A stretch of DNA of 64,000 bases from Octopus vulgaris (GCA_951406725.2 OX597814.1:175088001-175152000), one strand, 5' to 3'. Positions 38,215 through 50,992 are shown, counted from the first letter of the stretch. A program made the numbers and translations. The notes: generated from the sequence alone by a model not told the origin.

Positions 38215-39549
38215 GTTAGTTAGGTTTCATTTGTTTTCTAACTTTGATTGGTGTGCTCTGGTTTTCTAATATTTATATATGTGTTGTGTGTGTGTATGCA
38301 TATGTAAGTTTGTGTGTATTTTTTTTTGTTTTTTGTGTGTCTTCACTGGAACTGTGTATGAGCAAAATATTGATTACATCTCTTGTGAACAGTATGTCCA
38401 GCAGCCTTGTGGTCCAGTTTTAATGTGTGAAGACTAGTGAAAAACAAACCTTACCTGAAAACCGGAGTTGGCTACAGAGAAATCATTTGACTATAGAAAA
38501 CTACCTTAATTAGTTCTGTTTAAACCATGATAACATGGAAAAAGCAAATATAAAAATATATGGATAGCTTGAAGAAATACCGCAAAGCATTTGTCATATA
38601 ATAATGGCAAAAATATCTTTATTCTTATGGTAAATCGACAGAACATATTGCTCTAAATAATATTTAACAGTATCTAGTTTCCTTGCTTCTGTGTTTGTAG
38701 CTTAAATCTGTCTGTTTACAGGATTCTGTTAAACCAATTATGCATCTTCTGGGCAGATTTGTACCAGTGTAAGGAGTTGTTGCTGCTGTTGTTAAGGCTG
38801 TGAACTGGCAGAATAGTTAAAGGATCAGACATAATGTTTAGCGTTACTTCCAGCTCTTTGTTTTGAACTCAAATGTTGCTGATGTACCAGTTGTGTGCTG
38901 GGGTTGATGCAGTTGACTAAACTTCCTCTATTGCAAAGGATTATGTCAGCAATACCTTGCTTCAACTCGCTTATAAATTTTGTTTTAGCTGTTTGTCAAG
39001 AGTCTGTTCAAAATTTTTCTTCTATGAAGGGTTCTTCAGCTCTGTCGTATTTTCACCCTTCAAATCAGAATTGACAATTATTTTTGTAAAATGCACTCAT
39101 TTCTTCTAAAAAAATTTTATAATGCATAACATTGAATTATTCAATAGAAAGCCAGGGGAGTGAGATTACAGACGAGAAGAGCAGTGTTTACATCTTTACT
39201 GTCAAACCCAAATGCCACCACTACCAGTACCAACCAAAGCAACAACAATAAAAACTGAAATCAACAATAATGAAAAAATAATTGTTGCTTCAACACAATT
39301 ACCAATTCCAATACAAACTTCATCATTAAGACCAAAACAGTAATAAAAAAAAAATCAAAACACTACAATTCACAAATTGGATGTTCACAGGTTCTCATGT
39401 GTTGTACTGCCAGTGGAAGAATTTTTTTTTTATCACTCCAGGATTTAGAAAATGCTAAAAATCACCTTATGAATTTTAACTAGAATTTAGCATTAATATA
39501 CCTGAATTCATCCAGAAAGAAATTGATCTCAAAACTATCATTTACAGAT

Positions 39550-40030
39550 GTATAGGAATGAAAAGCCAGAAAATAGAGCAAGTGACACAACAGAAAATAC
39601 AAAAATGCCTCAAACAAATCTGGGGTATCAAAATGCACATCACTGGGGTGGGGGAATGTGTGGTAGAAATGAGATTTCCAATTGAGGATGAGGCCAGGAA
39701 GTACTCTACAACAATCCTAATGAATGACAAACTGGTCCTCGTACCAATCTACTTTAGCTAGAGAGTAGTAAGAATAAAGATGTTTGGTGTGGCCCCAGAA
39801 ATAAACATGCTGACTAGCTAGCTGGTGGCAATTGTCCTTTTTTGACAGAAGATGAAACTAATGTTCAGCAAGTCCAAAGGATGGAGCTTTTGATCTAAAT
39901 GGATCAAGTATGGAAGTCATCCTAGACCTGACCAATCTGCCAAGTGACTCACAGCTGTTTGCGGCTATTGTGGTGAGCAGGAGTGACAACGTTTCTGGAG
40001 AGACCTGGGGATGTCAAACCAACTGACACA
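39550..40030 (+). mobile_element. Possible LINE ORF1 (L1/Tx1-like) remnant
   Basis: GC-richer block with coding-like composition and a degenerate CxxCG knuckle-like stretch near 39955-39980. Weak support. Confidence 0.3.
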
Positions 40031-40586
40031 GAGGACTTTTGGACTAGGTTAATTGGATTATTAGTACTGCGGTTGATGTAATTGATTTGCTGCTCTCTCA
40101 AAATCTCGCAGTGTGTGCCAAAATTAGAAAGAGTTATTATTATTATTGATAGAATTGTTAAAGTGTTATACAGAATACCTTTTGATATTTTTTGAGCTCT
40201 TTACATTCTGATTTCAAATCTTGCTGTCAGCTTTATCTTTCATCATTCTGCTGATGATAAAATAAAGCTCCTATCAAGCACTGCAATCAATATAATTGAC
40301 TATACCCCTTCCCCAAATTTCAGGTCCTGTGCCAGTATAAGAAATCATTATCATATAAGGCATCTACTTGGAATGATTTCATTACCACACCACAATTATA
40401 AGATACTGGAAAGTAATAATTTGTATTGGTATTTTTGTTCTTAAATTGTATTTTAAATTACATTTGTGTGAATTGTTTCATTCATTTTTCAAATATCTGC
40501 ATGTACATATTTACATTTAACACATGCAAATATAGTCTTTGAAGAATCTTAGCTTATAGAGGCTTTTTTTTTCTTTTTTTTCACAG

Positions 40587-40692
40587 AAATCCACAGCTTG
40601 CTGCAAGGGGAACACTAATCAGTACAGAAGCTTTAAAAAGCAAAGGCATGTATGGAGAGGCTGCTATGCAATTTATTAAAATGATTAGTGAG
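40587..40692 (+). CDS. TRAPPC8: TRAPPC8 exon f (NPQLAARGTLISTEALKSKGMYGEAAMQFIKMISE)
   Basis: Poly-T...cacag acceptor, GAG|GTAAGA donor, phase consistent. Confidence 0.95.
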
Positions 40693-40754
40693 GTAAGATG
40701 TCACTCTGTCTGATTAATAAATCACCATCTTCATCTTTGTTCTAATTCTCTTTT

Positions 40755-41120
40755 ACTCTTTTACTTGTTTCAGTCATTTGACTGTGGCCATGCTGTAGCA
40801 CCACCTTTAGTTGAGCAAATCAACCCTAGGACTTATTCTTTGTAAGCCTAGTACTTATTCTATCGGTCTCTTTTGCCGAACAGCTAAGTTACGGCGGTGT
40901 AATCAAGCGATGTTGGGACAGACACAAACACACACATACATATATATATATACATATATACGACAGGCTTTTTCAGTTCCTGTCTACCAAATCCACTTAC
41001 AAAGCTTTGGTCAGCCTGAGGCTATAGTAGAAGACACTTGCCCAAGGTGCCACACAATGGGACTGAACCTGGAACCATGTGGTTTGTAAGCAAGCTACTT
41101 ACCACACAGCCACTTCTACG
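40755..41120 (-). mobile_element. SINE family A, near full length
   Basis: ttacttgtttcagtcatttgactgtggcc ... gaagacacttgcccaaggtgcc ... accacacagccac. Confidence 0.9.
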
Positions 41121-42364
41121 CCTAATATTAAATTTTTCTGCACATATATTGCTATGGCATCTTCACAAATCTTGGTCCTTTATGGTTTTTTACCCTTGAA
41201 ATTCCACCTTCATGGGTTTGATCTAACATGTTTTTTAATTACTTCTGCAATGAGTATTTTCTAACATCAGTTCATACCATTCTTCTCGGTGTTATCAACT
41301 GTAGCTGTATCCCTATAAATTCTCAGCAGGAAAGAGAGATACATGGCTGCATGGTTCTCTCTGTCCCTGAGGCACCCATGTATCTCCTCTGTAGCAAGAA
41401 TCCTGTCCCTCTTTCATACTTCAGCCTCTCAAAATCTGTTACAAAGCCACCTCCCTCAATGCTTCACCCTTACTAGTGACCTCACCAATGTTAGTGTCAC
41501 AAAAAAAAAAAAAATCACCCTGTAAAATAGTTGCATTTGGAAGGGTATGCAGCTGTAGAAACCTTGCCAAAGTAGACATTCAGACCAATGCAACCTTCAA
41601 GCTAGTTGGATTCTATTGAACTGTCCAACCCATGCCAGCATGGAATATAGATGTTAAATGATAATGAAATCAATCCATATGTTGTATTCAGTATTGTGTG
41701 GAATTCCTTTCCCACTCAACTTTACTGTAGACATTGATTTGTAGGTGTTCATGTTGAATATAAACTGTATCAATGTCACTTTTATTTTTTGGAAAGCTGG
41801 CAAAGGTTATATATGCAACCATGGAATTCAGCAGTCACAAATTAGTAAATGGTTTATCTTTTCATGGGTTTCTTAACATTGTTACTTGAGTAACATTTCT
41901 GCTTGCCATTAAGTTTAGAAACCTAATATAAACCTACTTTCAGTAAGGGACATATTAATATTTGTCTATACTATAAGTGAACCATCTGTATTATGTTTAT
42001 ATATAATACTCCTTCATTTTAAACTTCTGGTATCTCCTTTTCCTATTTACTAAATCTGTTTTCCTATCTACTTACTTTTGGATGTGCTTATCCTTACTTC
42101 AAACTGTTTACTTATGAAATTGGTTTGGAAACATTTTGTGTGTCTGTTAGTCAATCAGGCACCTTGAAGCAAGAAGAGTCGTGTGCTCTGCTCAACTTAA
42201 TCGTTTTAGTATACAAGATTATCTTTATTTAATATTAAGCATGTCTTGTTGCAACACCTATATTGTATCATGTAATAATTCGGAAAACTTGGACAGAAAA
42301 TTATATATAAGAAATACTTGTGTAATTCTTTGTTACTATGTCTGTGTTTCTTTATTTATTATAG

Positions 42365-42499
42365 CAAGATTCTGATCTAAGAAGTGCATTGTTACTTGAG
42401 CAAGCAGCTCACTGTTATATCAAAAAGCGTCCACCTATGGCACGCAAATATGCCTTTCATATGATTTTGGCTGGTCACAGATTCAGCAAATCAGGTCAA
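42365..42499 (+). CDS. TRAPPC8: TRAPPC8 exon g (QDSDLRSALLLEQAAHCY...RKYAFHMILAGHRFSKSGQ)
   Basis: Conserved DLRSALLLEQAA / RKYAFHMILAGHRF motifs. attatag acceptor, GTAAGT donor. Confidence 0.97.
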
Positions 42500-42876
42500 G
42501 TAAGTGAATACTCTAAATACTTTTGTGTTACAGAAAACATGTTTTTATTTTAAAGATTTTTATTGCTAGATTCTTAAAATATACCCAGGAAACCTATACT
42601 ATTCATAAAATTATTGTGCATTTAAAAAAAAAAATTTTTAAGTTTTTCTAACCTTTTGTTGAGTCATATTTTTAAGATTTATATTTAAACAAATAATAAA
42701 ATTTCCTGATAAAAGTTAAAATGATTTGATACATATTTCTGCAATACTTTTTGTTTAATCATTATTTGGTTCTTGATTGAGATTATTCAACAGATATGAT
42801 GATACAGGCTATTAAATTAAAATTTCAAAACTTTGTGATTCATTCAACATGACAGATATTAAAATTTTTTTTATAG

Positions 42877-42948
42877 AAAAAACATGCTTTACGGTCATAT
42901 TCACAAGCCCTTCAAGTTTACAAAGGCAAACATTGGTCTTTAGCAGAG
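42877..42948 (+). CDS. TRAPPC8: TRAPPC8 exon h (KKHALRSYSQALQVYKGKHWSLAE)
   Basis: ttttatag / GAG|GTAAGA. Conserved HALRxYxQAxQVYKGKxWSLAE. Confidence 0.97.
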
Positions 42949-43691
42949 GTAAGAATTTATGAGATGATATCTTCTTTTGGCAGTATATTATACTATTGTG
43001 GTTCTGTAGATTCAGGCGATCTCTTATGAAGTCGATTTATGTTATATAGTCAGTTAAATGTCCTTGCCAAGGGTCCTGTATATTTCAGCATTTATTGATT
43101 TATCATATGGAGTGCAGTTTAATCATCTGGGCACATGACTTATTCCACTATCCATACTTTTGTGTTCTTCTAAGTTCTGGTGATAGTCAAAGGTAGGAAA
43201 TGTAGCCTTAGTTGGAGTACAAAAGTTAATGTTATTTTTCAATTATCATTAGTTGTGTGCAACCCAGTGCTGTGTTTATAGCTAATAGGTTTTGTTTCAC
43301 ACAAACAAAAAGAAAAAAAACAAACTTTCATTGAATCAGATTTTGTATTAGTAAATTAATTACTCAAAATGTTAGACTGTAATGTCTGTTCACATGATTC
43401 CGATTGGAAATAAAAACTCGAGGTGTATGTTGATATGTCACAAGATGAAGACACTGTGTCAACCCCATAGGATTTGATGTTGGCAAATTGAGCTACATAA
43501 TATATTGTACAGAATTTTACACTTCTGACAATTTCTTAACCTTTTGTTAGTCACATGGGATAAATAGACAAAAACATCTACCTCCCAGAACAACTGAGCC
43601 ATGAGTGTGCCACACCATCTGCAACACACCCACACTGAGTCACAATAGTAGAGGAAGGGAGCAAAAAAAAATAAGTTGCCAACTATAAATT

Positions 43692-44009
43692 TTATTTATT
43701 TATGCACCCTTTTCAAGTCTAGCCAGGTTCATGGGCCCAGTTTTCCGGTTTCTGTGGTGTATGTGTTCCCCCCAGCTGGACGGGACACCAGTCCATCGCA
43801 GCATTACTCAAGAAACAGGAAGAGAGAGTGAGAGAAAGTTGGGGAGCGAAAGAGTACAACAGGGGGTGCCACCACCCCCTGCTGGAGCCTCATGGAGCTT
43901 TAGGTGTTTTCGCTCAATAAACACACACAATGCTCAGTCTGGGAATCGAAACCATGATCCTCTGACTGCAAGTCCACTGCCCTAACTACTGGGCCATTGC
44001 GCCTCCACT
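43692..44009 (-). mobile_element. Full-length tRNA-derived SINE (family D) with V-domain-like core and 12-bp TSD
   Basis: Minus strand reads gtggaggcgcaatggcccagtagttagg (A box), ggtttcgattccc (B box), gcgatggactggtgtcccgtccag core, then a (TAAA)n tail. TSD CAACTATAAATT at 43680-43691 and 44010-44021. Confidence 0.92.
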
Positions 44010-44243
44010 CAACTATAAATTATGAGCATTTAAAAAAGTCTAGGGTGTCAATACATTCCATGTGACTAATGATTGGTTAAATGTTATTTTTCCATTTGTT
44101 TGGTAGATCTAGATTCTGAATATATCTGTGAGTGTCAACCCCACCTTTTTTTTAAAGCTTATAAATGAATTTGTATAATATTCAAATTATTTGTAAACTT
44201 CAGTAAATTTTTTGATTAATATAAACCATTTTCTGTTTCAAAG

Positions 44244-44396
44244 GATCATATCAACTTCATCATTGGCCGCCAGTCTTTCAATCTTAAACAATTGGAAAAT
44301 GCTACAGCTGCTTTCAAGCATTTGTTGACTGCTGATAGTTGCCAGACCACTGCCCAACAAGCTGCCTTTCTCAAGGAATATCTTTTTGTTTATAAG
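44244..44396 (+). CDS. TRAPPC8: TRAPPC8 exon i (DHINFIIGRQSFNLKQL...QQAAFLKEYLFVYK)
   Basis: tttcaaag / AAG|GTTGGT. Conserved DHINFxIGRQS and QQxxFLxEYL. Confidence 0.96.
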
Positions 44397-44733
44397 GTTG
44401 GTTTTAAAAATTTAATGTCATTGTAAGAATTTTTAAAACTTGTTCAATAATGGATGTTAAATTAAGATTTAAATTATATGATTCATATTAGAGCAGCCCA
44501 ATTCTGAGCCAATAAGTGTTTCACCAGCAGACTGGTACCCTGTTGACAGCTCCTTATATAGCTAGTACTAGAACTTGTTTCATTCTGTCAAATATATTAT
44601 TAAATACCACTAATTATATGAAAAAATTTTCTTCAGTTTTATTTTCATATTTTACTTGTCCTAAAGTTAAAAGTATTATCAATCTCTTAGATTCTTGCTC
44701 TTCTAACAATATTTCTTTTAAATACTCTTATAG

Positions 44734-44869
44734 CAACTCCTTGGTCAGTCATTAAATGAGGGAACATTATATCCAGGGCCACTTCCTGAACTTCCGCTGC
44801 CAACTGTAGATAGCAATGTCACCAAAGTGCTTCTCTGTAATACTGTTACTCCAAGAACAATATCTGAAG
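44734..44869 (+). CDS. TRAPPC8: TRAPPC8 exon j (QLLGQSLNEGTLYPGPLPELPLPTVDS...)
   Basis: cttatag / G|GTATAA. GPLPxLPLP motif, phase 0 to 1. Confidence 0.93.
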
Positions 44870-44994
44870 GTATAATCAACCTAACATTTGGACACATGTT
44901 TTATTATTATTGTTTCTTTTCTTTTTCTAAGTTTTACATGCTTACTATGGAAAATGTAAATTGTTTCATCATCGTTTAACATCAGCTAATAATA

Positions 44995-45420
44995 ATTCTT
45001 TCAAATTTTGGCATAGGACCAGCAATTTTAGGAGGAGAGGGTTTAGTTGACTATTTCAACTCCAGTAGTTGACCAGTAGTTTATTTTATCAACCCCAAAA
45101 GGATGAAAGGCAAAGTTGACCTTGGCAGGATTTGGATTCATTTTATGAATTAGAAGACATACCACTTGGTATTTTGTCTGATACTCAAATGATTCTGCTA
45201 GCTCACTGCCTTAATAATCATAATTATCATCCTTCCTACTATAGACACAAGGCCTGAAATTCTGGGAGAAGAGGTTAAGTTGATTACATTGACCCCATTG
45301 TTCAACTGGTACTTATTTTATTGATCCCAAAAGGATGAAAGCAAAGTCAACATTGGCGGAATTTGAACTCAGAACATAAAGGCAGAAGAAATGCCACAAA
45401 GCATTTTGTTTGGCACTGTA
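44995..45420 (-). mobile_element. Tandem SINE family B copies
   Basis: aaaaggatgaaaggcaaagttgac...atttgaactcagaac, the reverse complement of the 24361 copy. Confidence 0.82.
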
Positions 45421-46053
45421 CTTATTCTCTCAAGTTTTGAGGGAGTAGGTTAATCCATACTATTGACCCTAGTACTTGATTTCCAATTTATTTTTATCAA
45501 TTCTAAAAAGATGCCAGCGTAGAAAACAGACGTTAAATGTTGATGATGATGATAATTGTCCGATGCTTGCTTCCTTTTTTGAGATGACGTAGTCTGATTC
45601 AGACATATCATCCTTGACTGCATTATCTAGTTGTGATCTTGTATTTCTAGCAAATCATATGACCATGTAGAAACCTTTTTTCAATACAAGTTATGCTAAA
45701 TAATAGTTATGACTCAAGTGCAGATTTTGTCTCTACTAACTCTTTGAATTACAGAATTATATGTTATTGTAATACTTCGGTTATAATTTCTTCCTCTTTA
45801 TAAAAACACTTCAGAAGTAATGTTGATCAATTTTAATACAATTGTCAATGTACTACCCTCTTTTTTTTTGTTTGTTTGTTTGTTTGTTAATGTAAAATTC
45901 CAGTTTAAATGCAAATTTACTAATTTACTTCAGTGAAAATAATGCTAGTGTCTATTAGGTTTTTCCTTATATGCTTTTGGTGTTAATTTTCTTTTTCTTA
46001 TCAAAAATGTTTTAATACTTCAAATTTTTTATTTATTTTTTTTTTACTTATAG

Positions 46054-46242
46054 TGAATCCAGTTCTTGTTGGTGTTTGTATGTCTCAGGAGGATACTGAA
46101 AATGAGAAATGGTTTGAGTTAGAGAAACAACTTGTATTGAGTACTTGCAACGGAGGCAGTTTACCGCTGAATTTCCGACCAAGCTTACATTGCTTTACAG
46201 ATTCTACAGATAATAAATTTAACCCAATTGGTTTTGTTGGAG
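46054..46242 (+). CDS. TRAPPC8: TRAPPC8 exon k (...EKWFELEKQLV...FNPIGFVG)
   Basis: Long T tract + tag acceptor, G|GTTTGT donor. WxELExQ motif, phase 1 to 1. Confidence 0.92.
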
Positions 46243-47031
46243 GTTTGTGTTACTGGAAGTTTTTTTTACTCAAAGTATTCACCATAACTTGTTTTTAATT
46301 TACTGTTAATCAGATAAATGACTCCTCTCTCTCTTTCTGGATAGAAATACAGTCTTTTTTTTATCTTTATTGTGAGTCAGTAGTTATTTTTTAAGTGAGA
46401 TTGTTAGTTAAATTTCTACCCCAAGAGCACAAATCTATTTTTACTATTGATTATAAATTCTCATTTAATGTAACATGTATTCATAATATGAACTGGTATC
46501 CCAGAATATGATACATTAGTTCTCACAACCTTTCACTCTTGATAAGAAGGATATTATGATAATGCCAGTCTTTAAACAGATTATAGTATTTTTGTTTAAA
46601 AGGGAACTAAAAATGATCATAAAAAGCTTTGTGTGACTGAATATAGATTCTTGCTATGTTAAGAGAGAAATGGTTAATGACATAAGTTTGTTGTTTTTCA
46701 CATCAATATAACCATCATATAGAAGAATTTATTTGAATAGTTTTCTAGAAGTATCTTTTATATTTGCTCCTTTCAAGTTGTAGTTGAAAAGAATCCATTC
46801 AGTGATCTGCAATATACCTCTTAAATCTTTTAACATTTGTGCTATTGAATGATCAGTATAAACATATTGCTATACCTTACTTTTTATCTAGATTGTGTAA
46901 GATCAGAATAAGTTAATATTAGTCATGAGCTTATATTAGAATTTTTTCCCTCAATACATTAAGTATGAGGGCCCTAACTTATTCTTCATGCAGATAGCAT
47001 CCCTGAGTAACTTTGGTCATGAAGTTTTTAA

Positions 47032-47230
47032 CCCTTAAGCATTTAGACTGGCCATATCTAGCTCTACTTCTTTTATGTTCAAACTACCCAGATCCAGCCT
47101 CTTATCCCTACCTGACAATATCATTCTAAAAAGGAACAGTCACATCATTGAAATTACAACGCTATGAGAGAATGCATGATTAATTTTTTAAAATGTCAAT
47201 AAATAAGCATTATCTTTGAATGCTTAAGAG
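47032..47230. mobile_element. piggyBac-type MITE (TTAA target)
   Basis: TTAA|CCCTTAAGCATT ... AATGCTTAAGAG|TTAA. Internal sequence shared with 54715-54935 in the opposite orientation. Confidence 0.8.
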
Positions 47231-47377
47231 TTAACTAAACTCATTTCTTCTGTTTTGATCCACTTGATCCTAAAACCTGTTTCATCCATTGAAATGTTTA
47301 ATAGAATTGCGTTTTTCATTTAAAATTACTTTTTTCTTTTCGCTTTTTTAATGTTCCATTTTTTCTTCTTTTTTTAG

Positions 47378-47526
47378 AAAAAGTTAGTGTTGAAGTGCAT
47401 CTTGTGAATCCTCTTAAGATTACTTTATTATTAACTGATGTAGTTTTGTTGTGGACATTTTTGCCTCATCTACCTGATAATCAAGAGAAATCACCACTTA
47501 TAACCAATGAAGTTTCTTCTGTAAAA
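47378..47526 (+). CDS. TRAPPC8: TRAPPC8 exon l (EKVSVEVHLVNPLKITLLLTDVVLLWTF...)
   Basis: Poly-T ag / GTAAGG. VEVxxxNPLKxxLLLTDxxLLWxF motif. Confidence 0.96.
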
Positions 47527-47718
47527 GTAAGGGCCTTTTTCTTTCATTTTATTTATTTCTTTTGAATTCAAACTCTACTGTAGTAACTTGAGATGTATAA
47601 AAAACTTCATGTTAGAATAAGAACAATTTCTTACCAACAGATAATAATATCATTCTGTATATGTGACACAACTTGCCAAATAGCCTACCACAACTCCAGG
47701 TTATTTGGTACTTAATTA

Positions 47719-48984
47719 TCAGGTTGTTCCGAAAATAATGGCTGCTCTAAATGTTGTTTTGAAACTCAATTTTATCATAGTGTTTTAATTATATTTTAGG
47801 TGAATTTCGACATACTTAATTGATGTATGCTCCTTAAGAATTTTCTACTTATTTTAAACAGAAAACGTTCTTGAAGCATAGGCACCCTTAATTATGAACA
47901 TGACTAAAAAAGACCTTTGCTTGCTTTTCTTGCATGAGTTCAAGCTTGGGCACAATACCTCCCAAACTGCTGCCAATATCAACAGAGCATGGGGAGAGGG
48001 GTCCACAAGTGATTGCATAGTACAAAATATGTTTCAGAAATTCTGTAGTGGTGATGAGATCCTTGAAGATGGAGAAGGTAGAAGACAGTCATGCAGTCTT
48101 GACAATGACCAATTGAAAGCAATTGTTGAACAAAACTCACATCAAAGTGTCAGAGAAATGTCTCAGGCACTTGGTATCGGTATTGCAATGGTCACACGCA
48201 ATCTGCAGAAGATTGGTAAGGTGAAAAAGCTAGATGAATGGGTACTGCAAGAGCTCAATGAAAATCATAAAGTTTAGTGTTTTGAAGTGTGCTCGATGCT
48301 CTTTCTGCGAAACACCAATGATCCTATTCTTGACCAAATAGTCACTTGTGATGAAAAGTGGGTCCTTTATGATAACCGTAAATGATCATGTCAATGGGCT
48401 GATCATGATGAGTCCCCTAAACATTTCCCAAAGCCAAAGTTGCATCAGCAAAAGATTATGGTGACTAGTGGTCTGTAGTTGTCCATTAGAGCTTTCTGGA
48501 AGCTGATCAGAGCATTACAGCAGAGGTTTACAGCAATCACCTTGCTGAAATGCATGCTCACTTGCATAAAATGAGACCTGCATTGGTGAATTGGCGTGGC
48601 CCAATTCTGCTCCACAATAATGCAAAGCCACATGTTATAAGAATGATGCTGCAGAAACTCAGACTTGGGATACGAGACTTTACCACATCCTCTATATTCT
48701 CCTGATCTTTCACCTACTGACTATGATTTTTTTAAGCATTTAAACATGTTTCTAAGTGATGAAACCTTCAGGTCTAAACTAGAGGTGGAATCAGCTTTCA
48801 AAGATTTTTTAGCACAAAGCCAATAAGTTTTTATCCATAAGGCATAAATAATCTCGTTGATCAATGGCAGATATGCATAAATGTTCACGGCTCATATTTT
48901 GACCAATCAAAGCATTTCTGTTGTGAATTTTTTCAGAATAAAATTATGTTTCTGAATTTGGCCATTATTTTCGGAACAACCTAA
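47719..48984 (+). mobile_element. Full-length (1266 bp) decayed Tc1/mariner transposon
   Basis: TIRs TCAGGTTGTTCCGAAAATAATGGC (47719-47742) and GCCATTATTTTCGGAACAACCTAA (48961-48984), 1 mismatch in 24, each flanked by TA. Confidence 0.97.
47894..48910 (+). pseudogene. mariner transposase pseudogene
   Basis: HTH N-terminus (FKLGH..A..NINRAWGEG), WVLQEL (WVPHEL-like), IVTCDEKW and YSPDLSPTDY motifs. In-frame stops, including TAG 48275, and frameshifts. End coordinate approximate. Confidence 0.95.
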
Positions 48985-49074
48985 TATTTACTTCTGTGAT
49001 GTTCAGTTAATTAATGTTTCTGATTAAATTACCTCCAACGAATCTGTTGATTTATTTTAACGTCTCTCATGCAG

Positions 49075-49149
49075 AATAAATTGGCTGATGAAATTATTCA
49101 TACAGAAGTTTTGAAAGAAGTTACATTAACAGGAAATATGGAATTACCG
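49075..49149 (+). CDS. TRAPPC8: TRAPPC8 exon m (NKLADEIIHTEVLKEVTLTGNMELP)
   Basis: ctcatgcag / CCG|GTGAGT. 75 nt, phase 0-0, bridges the flanking exons in frame. Confidence 0.88.
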
Positions 49150-49617
49150 GTGAGTATATTTAATTTCATTCTTCTTCCACTTCTCTACCATTTTAATTAA
49201 GTTTGGGGATTGTGGGGCATCATGTTAAAATATGAAGAAATAAGATCTAATCAACAATAATTATGTAGTAAAAAAAAAAAGAAAACTTTCAGTGAACAAC
49301 TCTGATCTTGGCAAATACAGATTCCAACTCTAAACAGGTTTCAGTCATATGAAATCTCATCAGTGAAACATAACCTTCTTCATACTTGCCAGATTTGTAA
49401 TAAGAGAATGGTTATTTTTGTCTTTGTATAATAACTTAGCTTCTATCATTATTAGTAGCCTGAAGAATTGTTTAGCACACCAGACAACATGCATAGTGGT
49501 GTTTCATCTGTCTTTACATTCTGGGTTCAAATTCCACTAAGAAACTCCCCCATTGGTTTGAAGTTTCATCCACATTTATTAGATCTGTGTGAAAGCAAAA
49601 ATAGTTACAATATTTAT

Positions 49618-49945
49618 GTATCATTTAACATCCGCTCTCCATACTGACATGGGTTAGACAGTTTGACTGGAGCTGATGAGCCAGAGAGCTGCACCAAGTT
49701 CCAGTCTGATTTGGCATGGTTTCTACAGCTGGATGTTCTTCCTAACACCAACCACTCCAGGAGTGTAATAATGATTGTATGTGCCACTGGTATGGGTGCC
49801 ATTTATATGACACTGGCAACAACCATGACTATGTTTCATGGGTGGGTACCATTTACATGGTGCTGGCAGCAACCCTGACGATTCATGGGTGCCATTTGCA
49901 TGGCACCAGTAACGACACTGAACAATGATCATGATTCATGAGGTG
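49618..49945 (-). mobile_element. Family C copy
   Basis: catttaacatccgctctccat...tttctacagctggatgttcttcctaacac. Confidence 0.8.
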
Positions 49946-50647
49946 TCAATTACAGAAATCTCACCTTAATTCTTTTTCATTAGTTGTCTTAAATTGGTCG
50001 CTTTATTATGCCTTAAAACTCTTACATTCACCTTCTTTCAGTAACTACTTTTGGTTCACATTCTGTTATGAATGAACTATTAAGATATTAGAATTTAGAT
50101 ATTTGAAATTATGAACACTAGTCTGAGATGGAACAACAGGTCCATTGATGAGACTTGAGCTATGTATCTTTTGCTTGCCAGATGACTGCATTACCTATTA
50201 CACTACAAAGCACATATGATATCCCAATCTCCCAAATTTCATATTCTGTAATGTAACAGTTAATGCAGTCACCTAATTTGAGTGTCCTTAGTGGGCCTGT
50301 TGTTCTTTACTGCTCTATTGGTTTTATAACAATGTTAACATAGATGAGATGTGTTTTATTTGTTTTGAAAAATAAAATTTGAATGCATTTTAACTTGTTT
50401 AAACAGTAGTTTTTCCATCTTGTTCTTTGTACTGCCAGCTGATCATGGAGCATGACAATTATGCCCTCCTGTTTCAAATAACCTGTTTATACTAGTATGG
50501 ATTATCAGTGTTGTTTAGAACCATGGTGGTTGTGATGATGTGAATGTGAGGAAAATGGAATTTGTTTGTTAAAATATTTATTGTGTATATTTTTTCTACA
50601 TTCAAAAATATTTTATTTTTAAAATGTGATGCATTTGTTTTTAATAG

Positions 50648-50992
50648 GTGCAACTATCATTAACACCACAACAGACAGGAGAACTACGAATTGTGGGTAT
50701 TGCTTATAATCTAGGTACTAATTCTCTTCAATCATCAAACAGTACCAACAGTTTGATATTAAATGATGGGAATTTAACTGGAACAACAGTGACAACATCC
50801 ACATCTGCCACAACTCCTGGTACTGGACCGACACGTGCAAATTACAGTAATTCTATTAATGTACGTGGGAAACAGCGTTTAGAAGTTCAGGGGCCTAGAC
50901 TTAACAGCAACAAAGAAGAAAGAGCAAGTAAAGTTTATGGACCAGATCGCAGGCTCGATCTGGTAATAAAGCAACAAATGCCAATCCTTAAG
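50648..50992 (+). CDS. TRAPPC8: TRAPPC8 exon n (VQLSLTPQQTGELRIVGIAYNLG...VRGKQRLEVQGPRLN...YGPDRRLDLVIKQQMPILK)
   Basis: tttaatag / AAG|GTAATT. Conserved VRGKQxLExQGPRLN and YGPDRRLD. Confidence 0.97.
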
